From assembly GCA_030248215.1 (NCBI GenBank), contig JASANG010003494.1:372001-436000 (forward strand): a stretch of 64,000 nt of DNA, read 5' to 3'. The notes beneath the pieces were generated by a model. The model was not told where the DNA came from. It ran no database searches and saw nothing but the letters and a program-made list of their open reading frames with translations. Below, one piece after another: positions 38,236-50,255 of this stretch. Position numbers and translations under genes: made by a program. Each line of letters opens with the position of its first letter. The stretch's first letter is position 1. The stretch comes from Enoplolaimus lenunculus (lineage: Eukaryota).

Positions 38236-39868
38236 CGTTAAGATGAAGGAATGTTCGCGAGCGAAACGAACGATAAGTTAGACACAGTAAAGTATAACTC
38301 AGCTTCGTTTGTGTATAGGGGTAGAAAAAAAAAGAAAACCTTGTGAACCATGCGACCACAAGAAGCATATTTTAGGGTACAAATGAACCAAAAACTCCAT
38401 TTTTGGAGCCAGTAACGTTTTTTACCGTTGATTTTGTGTTGCAACGCCGGCCCCGTTTTTACTCCGGAACGGGAGTGTGGGAACGGTGCTAAGTACGGCC
38501 GTGTGATTTGTTTCGTAAAAATATTAAAACACCGTCGTATTCGCATCCTGTTATTTGAAAAAGGAGAAAACAAGTGTTGTAAGCGTACAAATAGTGATGA
38601 ATAAAATCCTAACGGCGTCCGAACAGGGCTACAGGCCAAAATTTTTAAAGAATACAAACGGTAGTCCTGTAGGTGTATTAGAAGTTTTGTTTAGATCATG
38701 CCGGAGATTCGTCGTTGTGTCCGTCTTGAATTTAAATACCAAATAGCAAAAGGCGTAGGCTATTAAACTCGGTCCGCGCTAGACAATTGTGCCCGCATAC
38801 CGGAAAATATTAACGGCGACCCATGTATAAGAACAGGGCCGGATTGTTTTCCGGTAGGGCTATAATAGTGTCAGGTTAAGCTTTAGACTAATTTTTTTCG
38901 CTTAAACTTAGGCTTAGGCGTACGCTTAGGAATAGGCTCATCTTTACGCTTTGGCTTAGGTTTAGGAATATGCTTATACCGGCCCTGTTTTATACATGGA
39001 CCATAATGGCTATGACAAAGGCTGGATTGAAGTTCTTCGACTTTAAGAGTATACTTACAAGAACTTGTCTCAGAAATCGATGAGCAAAACTGTAACAGGG
39101 AAGACTTTGAGGGCTTACATAACAGCCGCTTGGCTAAGAAACTGAGTCAAATGCCATATAATATTTTTACTGGCGAAGAAAAAATTCTATATGGTATTTT
39201 CACTGCTGGAGTAAATGTTTACGCGTGTAAATATATCTTGCGACACCAGCAGAGATATTTTGGTTGACAATTCATCGCTATTTTAATGTCCAGGTGTTAA
39301 ATGCAACATAGTTCCTGCACACTACACCGTAGGCGCCGTTGTGAAACAGATTGTTTGCTAGACCCCAAAATGGTGTAAACATAAAATTCAAAGTGTAGTT
39401 CGAAATAGATAGTTTTCGCAACCGAACACAGCTAAAGCGAACGAGCGAAAGTTATTCTGGATATTAGCTGTTAGATCTATTTTAGAGTATAATTTCAATG
39501 TCTAGCGTAGTATTTTTTATACCAATCGGAATTATTCATATATTTAATATGTTTTATCCAAAAAAATATGCAAACTTGATAGCCTACTTATAACAGCAAC
39601 CAGTAAAATGCGACCAGTACAGCTAGGCACACATATTATACAGGGGTCTTAAACACTAGCGGATCTAGACCGAGCGAGGTGACGGCAGGCTTAATAGCCC
39701 CCGTCAAATTTTTTTGTAATAAAAAATGATAACGTCGTATAATTTTGCCCCCTCAGAAAATTGAATAGCGTTTCGTTGCGTGTCCGTCCGTTAGAAATTT
39801 CCAGTTCCACCACTGGTCTTAACGGTTTCAGACACAGCCGACGAAGCTTTACTAAGACCAAACTTTAG

Positions 39869-40130
39869 CCCTTTCACTCATAGAGTATACTATGAGCAAC
39901 TAAATACAATAATGTACGAGCAATGCACACACTGTGAGCAGTGTTTAACATTTATAACATATATGCGCAATGCAAAATCTCCACAAGACGGGAGAGCCTA
40001 TTCGGCCTCGAGCGTTTAGCTCCTATAGTTCAGTGGTCATCGTAAACGCCTCTCACCCGTGAGACTGGCGTTCGAATCTTACCTTGAAAATACATCTCAT
40101 ATGAAATGAAAATATTTATGTGAGAAAGGG
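39869..40130 (+). mobile_element. piggyBac-like MITE carrying a tRNA(Asp/Glu)-derived cassette
   Basis: Termini CCCTTTCACTCATA / TATGTGAGAAAGGG, flanked by TTAG / TTAA. Internal TAGTTCAGTGGT...CGCCTCTCACCCGTGAGAC...GTTCGAATC at ~40020-40085. Confidence 0.75.
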
Positions 40131-42209
40131 TTAAATATTTACCTCGCAAAAATCTTGTTCGAGATAGAACTTGAGTCGTATTTGGAGCTATCAAGAGCTA
40201 GAATGGATGTACTAAACATATATTACCCTATATATAAAGACAGACACAGCGTAATTCGGAACACAATCACGTTTTCACGCTGTATGCCAGCAGCAGTGTA
40301 TCCAGGATCTGACTTCGAATAGGTATATAACCTCACGTTTAAGATAACTTTTTCGACCTCGAAAATAAAGCTATCCCTATTAATAGTGCATTTTGTTGTA
40401 TCTTTTCAGAACAAAATGTATCCCCTCTATCCCTTCTCAAATATTCGTCTTTGGTAATATAGAAAACATCACTTTCCAGCTTCGGCGTTTTAGCGATTTA
40501 CTCTATGCGTCAGGATTTATAGTCGGAGACAGCGAATTAAATGCATTTTTGAATTTAAAATCAGCATCTGGTGCTTTACTGCATGGGACTAAAACTTAGT
40601 TTTCAGCTTTTTTAGATATTTTAAAACATTTCGATTTACATAAATATATATATTCATCCATACATATATATAGATAGATATATATAGATATATATATTTA
40701 TTTATTTATTTATTTATATAAGTTAAAAATCGTGTTTTTCTCACACAGGTGGCCAGAGGTACGTGCAGAGAAAAACTTTATTGTTCAAACTAAAGCTACG
40801 GATTTTATAATTTGGTCAGCTGAATGCGTGGGTTGCACAAAATCGAGCCTGTTCCAAAGGTTGCAAATTTTGCATAAATATATTTATGAAACGTTTTCTA
40901 TTGCGCTGGCAGTTCCAAGTGAGAACGCAGGCCGAGACAGAAACTCAGCAATGGATCCAAAATCGAAAGGGACGACATCCTGACAGGTACGATGTATACA
41001 ATGTCAGAGCAAAGCTGGTGAGCGAAGCGAGCAAGAAGCCAAATGCAATTTTAATAATTTGTAACGCAGGAAGTACCTTGTAATATTTTTAACAAAAATT
41101 ATGCGTTGGAATGCTAATTTATATGACGTTAAAAATGGGTGGGGCCAGTGGACCCCTGTACCTCTCCCGGCTGCCACTCCACTGGGCTTTGGCCCCCAAA
41201 ATGGATCAAAACCAAAATTTTGTGTTAGCACATAAATTGCATTTGGCTTCTCGCTTGCAAGCTTCTTTCACTATTTTATCTTGCGCAGACTGCGATTGAC
41301 AAATTTCTGGATCCACCACTGTTCCTCTAGTCTTTTAAAACTCGACATCGAATTTGACTCTGGCGGAGTTGAATTTTGACTCAGTTTGTGTAGTCAGGAA
41401 AAGCCTATAGAACGGATTTTAATTGAAGAAAACAGCCCATAAAATTCTTCATCGTCTGTCCGCTACTATTGAATTTCCGTGTCCCTGACTAAAAGCTAAA
41501 CTAAGCTCGGATTTTTGATTCATGTGCAAAATAAACAAATTTTATGTTCGCCAAATTTTGTCCGTGGTTTTGTGATTGGTTTCAGGATTTTTTGACCGTA
41601 TGAACCAGAATGCTCAACCCACCGCTGCGATACTGCTGTCAGAGGGTACAGCAGCCGATTAAGGGGCAGTCGTCCCTTAGTTTTACGGTTAGAAGCTTTT
41701 GCATTCCAGCTAATAGAGAAAGTTTAATGGGCATATAAAGGTGTCGACCTTACAGAAAGTGAAATGGTATTTGGCTTCTCGCTTGCTTTGCATAGGATTG
41801 TCCTATGCCTACCCATGCTGAACATCAGGGATCGACCGAATATTAATTTTACCGTATACCGGAACCGGAGCCGGATATTAAATTTTGTACCGGAACCGGA
41901 GCCGGATGTTAACCAGATATAGGACCTAAATTTGTACACTGTTGGAAGTATATATTTGAGTTGTGCAAAAATATGTATTTATGGATTTTAGATTTATTTT
42001 TGGTTTGGACTTTTCATTCCATGTCAGTGTCCATTCATGAATTTTCGCGGAATTGTAGTCGCTTCAAAATATCTTGTATTTTGACGTGCAAATACAGTTT
42101 TATGATATTTCGAACTACAACCACAAATGTCCGGTATCCTGTAGGTTTATAGATTTTTTCTAAAAGTAACGCACATACGATAAAATTTCAAAGATTGCTA
42201 ATAAATATT

Positions 42210-42503
42210 GGCTGGGTCGCAGAAACATGACTTAGGTGGAGCATTGACTTGAGTCTGGATTTGACTTAAGTCAGAGGTTTTGAATCGGTTTTTTTCTTGC
42301 CAGTTAAAGGTGATGGTGGCAAAACCGTTGTAGTGAGGTAAATACTCGAATAGGAACTGTGCTCTTGTCAAATTTTTTTACTTTTAACCTTTTTAGTACT
42401 TAAGTCTGAAACCGATCAATTTCAGTTGCATTATAGCTACGACTCAAGGCCAAAATTTATTTAAGTCAAAGATCGACTTAAGTCATGTTTCTGCAACACA
42501 GCC
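42210..42503. mobile_element. TIR MITE with GACTTAAGTC motifs
   Basis: GGCTGGGTCGCAGAAACATGACTTA / TAAGTCATGTTTCTGCAACACAGCC inverted termini. Confidence 0.75.
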
Positions 42504-44059
42504 AATGTTCAGCTAATTATAAACGTCTCGTTTTTTAATAATTAAAAAAAAAATCAAAAAATTTTGTGTCACAATTTGACCGTTTCGAGATATTCCTTAT
42601 AGAAACAATAGCCAAAGTGTTATTTACGTTTTCAAATTTTAAACTTTGCTAAATTTCAATATTGTTGTATTGTGATCTTGTTTTATATGAAAGCTTTTCA
42701 CGTATTTTTGAGTTATAAGGCGCATATTTGCACGTACCAAGGAATTCAGGATTGATGTTTAAACGTATGGCATCGAGGAAGCGATTGAACGAATCGATAT
42801 TAACGATGGTTCAATAACCCCGAGTACTGATCTGACAGTGAAATCCTGTGGCTTAATTTGGGCGACGGCCGGCCCCATGATTGCCCGCACTCTCAATATG
42901 CCTCACCAAAGCCTTTAGTATGCTGACACTACGCCGTTTTTTTAACTTTCTAACAATATTATTTTTAGATAAATGACTTGACATTTAGAGTATTTGTGTA
43001 AAAAAATTTTAAGAGATTATAACTAATTTATATTCTCCAGAGTTATGTATCAGTTTTGAAACGGCGCTGTAAACTTTAATAAACATGGGTCGTAGCCAGG
43101 AATTCACCGCGAGCCGTCCAATTTTTGGATTCGAAAATTTGAAATTTTATTCAACTGAAACCTGTAAATGTGCTTGGTTTTCGTGTCTCTGTCTCTCAAG
43201 CGGAACTTTTCGACCAGGATCTATGCTGCTATTTTGTTCACTTGTGTGCTCACCTGTAGAGTGAAGTAAATCTTTAAAACTATGTATATAGTCTTTTTTT
43301 TCTACAACGAATAATCTTTTTAAGTTAATATACTCTTAAAAATCTTTCTGTTAACTCTTGTCTGGTTGTGATATTTAAAATCTTAAGTGTCGCTTTTAAA
43401 CGTGGCCGTTTTGCAGCAGTGAAATCTTTTCATGGCTGAAAATGCGAGAAAAAAAAAGTTAATTGTTTTAGGTATCAGGCGATAAATGCAAGCATATGCT
43501 TTACTTTTTCTTAATGATGGTTTAGTGATAAGTAAGTTGTTTATATAAGTGAATTTTTAAGCGTTTAAAATTTTGACTTTTGGGCAAACATTTTTTGTTG
43601 CATTTTGTTTCATTGCTTGTGTTTCTCAAAAATGAAGATTAATTTTTAGCGACTTTTTTGTAAAATATTTAGATAAAAGTTCAGAGTATTGATAAACGTA
43701 GCCGTTATTATTTTTTTGTCTTCGACAGCCCCGTTTCAATTGTGTGAAAAGTTATTATAACTTTATAGATTAACGCTAGAGCTTGCATATGCAACACGGG
43801 GATGCAGTATTGGCGATTTCTGAAAACGGTTGCAATGATAACCAAAAATAAGCGTGTTTTTCAGGCGGTTTCAGAATTTATATACCCTTCGATCACGCAG
43901 TGGACAAAATATTTTGCTTGCATGCTACGCTCGTTTGCGAATATTTTGCTTTGTTGAACGCTTCCGAAATGAAAGCTTGACTGCACCTGTGTAGATTAAC
44001 GCAGGGAGTGGTTATCGTAACGTGGTCTGTTTATCAATTGAGTTGAGTACAAGGTTATA

Positions 44060-44268
44060 CACTGCAAAAAATGGTAGTCAAATTGACTCTCCGCGAAATA
44101 GACTTTTCGGGACTACACAAATTGAGTTCAAATTCGACTCCACCAGAGTCATATTTTACTGACCGAGTCGCACGTTTAACTCTGGCGGAGTCAAATGTGA
44201 CTCAGTTTATGCAGTCCCGAAAAGCCTATTTCGGAGAGAGTCAATTTGATTCACCATTTTTTGCCGTG
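44060..44268. mobile_element. Fold-back MITE with CACTGCAAAAAA termini (copies 31705-31914, ~59827-60032, fragment ~41340-41410)
   Basis: Long inverted repeats built of GAGTCAAATTGACTC motifs; TA flanks on both sides. Confidence 0.85.
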
Positions 44269-46231
44269 TAGATAGATGCTCTATAAATGGACATTAACTT
44301 GTTTTGGGTTTGAGATATGTTTAGCATTTTGAATAAAATGTCGGCTCAGAAACGCCGAACGGTTTTCTAGGTTGATTTTAGTACCTCCATGAGGAGCGCA
44401 CTGGGACCATCTGTCCTACTGGACGCCGGTTGGATATTTAAGCCACTGAACCAAAAAGAGACAGTCCGGATTATGAAATAATTTTAAACAACCAGTTAGG
44501 GTATATCAAAATGCCAGGGCCGTTTTTAGTGCCAGTCCGTCCATTTGTTTGTATTTGGGCTGGGTTGCTTGCCGCTAAAAGTTTAAAAATATTATATATA
44601 TTTTTAATTCTTTTTTACTATCTGTAACAAATTAACTTTAAGTTATTAATATTTTAATACTAAAATCGCTGTTTAACGCGAAATATTAATTTGAGAGTAT
44701 GGTTTAACTGCAAGCAAAACGTTTACTTTTAGTGCGTATGTGGGTTTTTATAGTAGAATCGACCTTAATTGTCTAGGATGCGCGATATTTGAATTCTTAG
44801 ATTTTGTTATTTTTCCAAAATTTTAGCCACTTTCGTCTTTATTATATGAATAGTATTCTTTCAGAATTTTCATTTTAAAAATGAAATAATTGTCTCCGCA
44901 AGTTATCTTAACAGACCAACGTGTTAACGTAGCTATGATTTTAAATCGACCGCTGGCGTTGGCATATAATTCCTCATACTTCAAGGTGCAATCGAATATC
45001 CGGCTCCGGCGACAAAGACGATATCTGCGTCCGGTATTATGATTGAAACGTATATATAATATAGCTGTTTTGGCCAACATGTGCCGTCGTAATTTGTAGT
45101 AATTTTAAGTTTACAAAGAAAAGTTCTAATAATGTGCGTTCTGGGGTAAATATTTAGTTCTGTCACCTCGGACAACAGTCAAAAGTAAATGTTGTCATTT
45201 TTGGCCCATGTAAAGATCAGGGCGGAGACCGTTTTTCTGTGGGACTGCAATAAAGTAAGCTTAAGCTTTAAACTAATTTTTTTGCTTGGCTTAGCTTGTG
45301 CTTAGGCTCATGAATATGCTCATTCTTACGCTTACGTTTAGCCTAAGGTTTAGGCTTAGGCTTAGGATTATGCTTATAATACTGTTCCGCACCTGTTCGT
45401 AACGTTGGCCCAAATTACAGCAAGAAGTTGTAGATTTTTTTCTGCGGTAATGTTTATTCTTTATTGAGATATGCCTGTTAATGTTTGGTTCCGGTAGGTT
45501 TTAGTATCCGGTTACACCCTGATACATAATATATTAAATGTATATTAATGTATATGTCTATGGAATGATATCTAGATTTTTTGTATATACGTAACTATAA
45601 ATGCATAGGAACTAGGGATATATATATTTATATATATATTTATATACATATACATATATACAGAACCATTTATTTTATTAAAATTTAACAACATATAAAT
45701 TCGTTTAAAGTTGAAAAATTTCAACACACAAAGTTCTACCGGCGTTTATGATATAATGAACATGGTCGTAGAAGAAGGGGGGAAGTCCTCAAAATATAAC
45801 GAAAGACAAACCCATAGAGCGTTTTACCGGGTTTAGACCAACCGGCTGAAGGTTTAGCTGTCAAAAAATTGCTTCATTCGCTAAGCTGGATTACTCCAAA
45901 ATATAATATGAGGTCATAGTTTTAATGATATGAAATGCAGGGCTGCGCCAGTGTAATTAATGAATAGATGAATATTATTTAAATAAACGCTTTCTAGTTT
46001 ATATCATCGCATCTGAGAATAATTCGTTTATAGGCGCAGTTACTTTCGTGTTGAATTTTTATACGATAAGTCGCCTAAAGTCACACGTGAAATAGTTAAA
46101 ATTCTTCGAAAACAGACTAAACACATAAAACATTTTAACTAAAATCTCTAAGTTTTAGTAAACAGCACATTTTGGGCTTTTTTTGGTGCATTGACTGAGA
46201 AAGATAAATGCGATTGCGCAGTGTCTTAAAC

Positions 46232-46368
46232 TTTAAATCTTAAACATTTAAATCTTAAAAATTTAAATCTTAAAAATTTAAATCTTAAAAATTTAAATCT
46301 TAAAAATTTAAATCTTAAAAATTTAAATCTTAATTTAAATCTTAAAAATTTAAATCTTAAAAATTTAA
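46232..46368. repeat. 15-bp tandem repeat (ATTTAAATCTTAAAA)n
   Basis: About 9 directly visible copies. Confidence 0.95.
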
Positions 46369-46749
46369 AGCTACAAAATCATTTAAGTTACCATTTAATC
46401 GAGCGACTGTTGTTGTGAACAAAACGTCCTCTGATTTCATGAAACCATCAAGAAATAATTTTTTTGAGTCACCTTACGTTGTAGACAAGTCAGCTTACAT
46501 TTGGTAGACCGACAGGCATCGACCGAACACCTGTGAGAATATCAGCTCAGATCTGTCTACAGAGATATTCGTTGGTCGCTGCCGTACCAAATGCTGCCGA
46601 TTCAAAAAATGTGGACTCTCAATTGAAATCACAGTGCAGCAGCAGAGACCGGGGAACGAATTTTAGACGAATAACAAATGAATCACCATTTTTCTCGAAA
46701 GTTAAATATAAACTAATAATTATATAAATCAAGAGTGCATGATACCCTT

Positions 46750-47055
46750 TAACAAGAGTATGCAACTGGGTACATTCTATGTAGAAAAAAATGTACCCAG
46801 CGCGCGTTGCATTTTTGGCTTACACCCCGTATTTGGGGGGGGGAGGGGGTCAAAATCTCCATCGATGTTGAAATTCATGTGCTATTGTATATACTAAAAT
46901 GTGGTCCGATTATATTTTCGGTGTTGGCTGGCGGATACACGTGTAAAATGAACGTAAAATTGACCCCCCAAAATGAAGGGGGATTGACCGAAAACGCAAC
47001 GCGTGCCGGTACATTCTTTAATACACAGAATGTACCCAGTTGCACACTCTTGTTA
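46750..47055. mobile_element. TIR MITE, AACAAGAG family (copies ~34390-34630, 53418-53690, 63637-63910)
   Basis: TAACAAGAGTATGCAACTGGGTACATTCT / AGAATGTACCCAGTTGCACACTCTTGTTA; shared CGCGTTGCGTTTTTGG subterminal block. Confidence 0.8.
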
Positions 47056-48399
47056 GAGTGATCATCCACTCTTGTATAAATGAATTGACGCGTTTTTTTT
47101 TGTCATTTTTCAAACTATTGACAAACATCCCTGTCGCGTCTATTTCAACATACGTTGAGTGGATCCTGATGTGCGTCTTCTGTTGCAGCTGACATTCAAC
47201 TGAGCGATTTTGAATTTCTAATATTTTAAAGCTTTCACTGCAGGTCGGTCAGCTGCAAACGTTTCGGAGAACGTAAACAATTTTCAGGGAGTCGCCTGTT
47301 GGCGATTATCTAAGCAATCATGACAAGCGGAAAATTGTCAGAAAATTATAGGGAAAGTTGATCTGACAGCCTTTCTGGCAACGGGGTCGTTCCAGCAACC
47401 AAGAGCAGATGATGCCCACATTGCACAAGAGTGCGCGAGTTACGCGTTATGGCATAAAATGTTCCACCGCGCGTTGTATTTGAATCGACCTCCATATTGA
47501 TTCTGAGACTACCATCGTCAATACGTCTAAATTGTTCAAAAAATGGACGAATTCCTTGAGAAATAAGCGGAGCCTTGAAGTGCCCGCAAACTATTATTGA
47601 TTTTTTTGGTCAATTGAGCAAACTCTGGACGCCCTGAAGGCAAAGAACGCAACGTGCACTGGATTACATTGTTTTGTACACAAAAATGTGCCCAGTTGCT
47701 CACATTTGTTGGCCAATGCTACTTTTAGGGGCGTAACAGTAGATTAAGCGTAATCCTAAGCATAAGCCTAAGCGGTGCAAAAATGTGTGCCTAAGCCTAA
47801 GCCTATGTCTAAGCCTAAGCAAAAAAAATGTAATCTAGAATCTAAACCCACTCTTTTAAAGACCCACCAGAAACCTGGACGCCCCTTGAAGTGACATGAA
47901 CCCGTTTGGTTTAAAGAGCGCATTGTCCGACCTTGTTTGAACACAAGTTTTTTCAATTTAGGACTAAATTTATAAATGTTCGTATTTATAATTTTATATT
48001 CAGTTGACTTTTTGTTAAAATCTACCCCAGTTAAGCATTATACGATATTTTAGTGAAATTATGAAACGCTGTGATGTTCTCAGAAGGACTCAGTAATGTA
48101 GTTGACAGTTGAAATCAAGTCCAGGTATTATTTTTACGCCCATAATGAAATATGACTTGCACGTGCAAAGGGTGGTGGGTTGCACTGAACTTGCGACGAT
48201 TTAAGTAAGCACTGTTCTACTTCCATTTAAACGTTAATGGTAGAGGATTGGAAACTTAGCGAGACACAGTTCAATTGTAAGCATCACAGTATGCATTATA
48301 GTCGAAGTTGGTAAATATCTGTTTATTTACTTTGTTGCAGTGAACACAATGCTTTTGGGATTAATGAAATCTTGTCAACTATTTTAGTACAATATACAT

Positions 48400-48520
48400 T
48401 AGATATAATATATAATAAAGAATATATAATATATATAATATATAATATAGCTATATAATATATAGATATATATGTATAATATATAAATATATATATAAAT
48501 ATATATATGTATATATATAA
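48400..48520. repeat. AT low-complexity/(TA)n tract (others ~40660-40720, 45615-45660, 58775-58820; (TAA)n ~59520-59545)
   Basis: Directly visible. Confidence 0.9.
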
Positions 48521-49744
48521 CAAAGCATCAAATTCAATTCAATTTCAAAGTTCAATCCATCGATCATATGGGATGTTAGCAACGCACGCCGATATCACAA
48601 CAGATTTTAAGAAATGTTTACACTGAAAATATTTAGGAGACTCGTGTGAATTTAAACGGGACTCTACTGCTACAACTCTGATCGTTCAACTATAGACACT
48701 GTTGTCATTAATCTTAAATTACAATTGTGACAATTTTAAGTTTAAGGATATATCTGTCGAGTCGCTAGTGTAAGAACGGATTTTTGGTTGCAAAACAGTG
48801 TGCGTTTATAGTCAGCTAAAAGTTTTCAACTGTAAGTTGAACTGTAAAATGGTGTCAAAGGTTTGATTACAGTTCTGTTATATGTGCTTCTCGTTATACG
48901 CAAGGTGATTTTCACTATTATATACAAAAAGTTATTTGCTTTTTGTCTTAATGAAACTGTTGCTAACCCCCCGATGCATAATAGTTTTGGTTTTGATAAT
49001 ATCTGAAACAAGGGTGCGCTCCCCATGTGGCGGAGCCTCTGCTCAGTGGCTGGTTTTGCAATTACCCCCATTGCCGATTGATTGATTTTTATTAGGGCAC
49101 AAACGCGAGTCCTGCATCGGACCTCCTGCCATGAAGGGCTAAAAGTAAATTTTTTATGGTTCAGTATTTGATTCAAAAGTCACTGATAAATTATGGTAGC
49201 TATGTAATTCACAAAACGAATCCATAGGTTATTTATGCTCGTTTATATTAAAGGTGTGCTTTTACTATTACGTTGCGTTTTGTACTATTTCGTTCAATAC
49301 AGATTTAGTCTACTGCAGTTTAATTTGCAAACTGCGAAAATATATATAAGTTTAAGAGACTTTTGTGTTTGACTTTAGGCTGTGATGTTATCTTAATTTA
49401 CAGGATAAATACCATTCGTTCTCGTTTTGCTGTCACCCGTAAATCGTATATTTTGCGGATACATCAAGATAACTGATTTTGTTGGCGAAATTTTAATGCC
49501 GCATTTACAGTTTATTTCTAACGAAACATACATTATATTTTTATTCTAAATTTTCTACAAGTAAACGTAGTAACGCCTACGCAACGGTTTTAGGCAAGTG
49601 GTATTGGAAAATAAAATACGAATTTGCGTTGAAGGTTTTTGATATTTTTACACAAAGGCCCGTATTCTCAAATGCGTGTAGCACGTATCCACAAGCGGAT
49701 CCAAAAATTTTATACGGGGCGCGGGGTTGGCAAATGTTATGAAA

Positions 49745-50255
49745 CGCAAAAATTGTAAGGTAGGGACCTTATCATCATTTTATCACTAAAAATTAATAGT
49801 TGAGTGCGAAAAATTGTAAGGTAGGGACCTTATCATCATTTTATCACCAAACATTAGTTGAGTGCGAAAAATTGTAAGGTAGGGACCTTATAATCATTTT
49901 ATCACCAAAAATTAATAGTTGAGTGCGAAAAATTGTAAGGTAGGGACCTTATCATCATTTTATCACTAAAAATTAGTTGAGTGCGAAAAATTGTAAGGTA
50001 GGGACCTTATCATCATTTTATCACCAAACATTAGTAGTTCAGTGCGAAATATTGTAAGGTAGGGACCTTATAATCATTTTATCACCAAAAATTAATAGTT
50101 GAGTGCGAGAAATTGTAAGGTAGGGACCTTATCATCATTTTATCACCAAAAATTAGTTGAGTGCGAAAAATTGTAAGGTAGGGTCCTCATCATTTTATCA
50201 CCACAAAATTCTGTGGGAAAAATTGTAAAAAATTGTAAGATATTGACCTTATCAT
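49745..50255. repeat. ~60-bp minisatellite (about 8 copies) inside a GCGGATCC...AATCCGC-bounded element (~49690-50303)
   Basis: The unit GAGTGCGAAAAATTGTAAGGTAGGGACCTTATCATCATTTTATCACCAAAAATTAATAGTT repeats with period about 57-62. Confidence 0.95.

Noticed and set aside
49745..50255. CRISPR-like array
   Set aside because: Eukaryotic context, contiguous tandem units with no unique spacers, and no cas genes.
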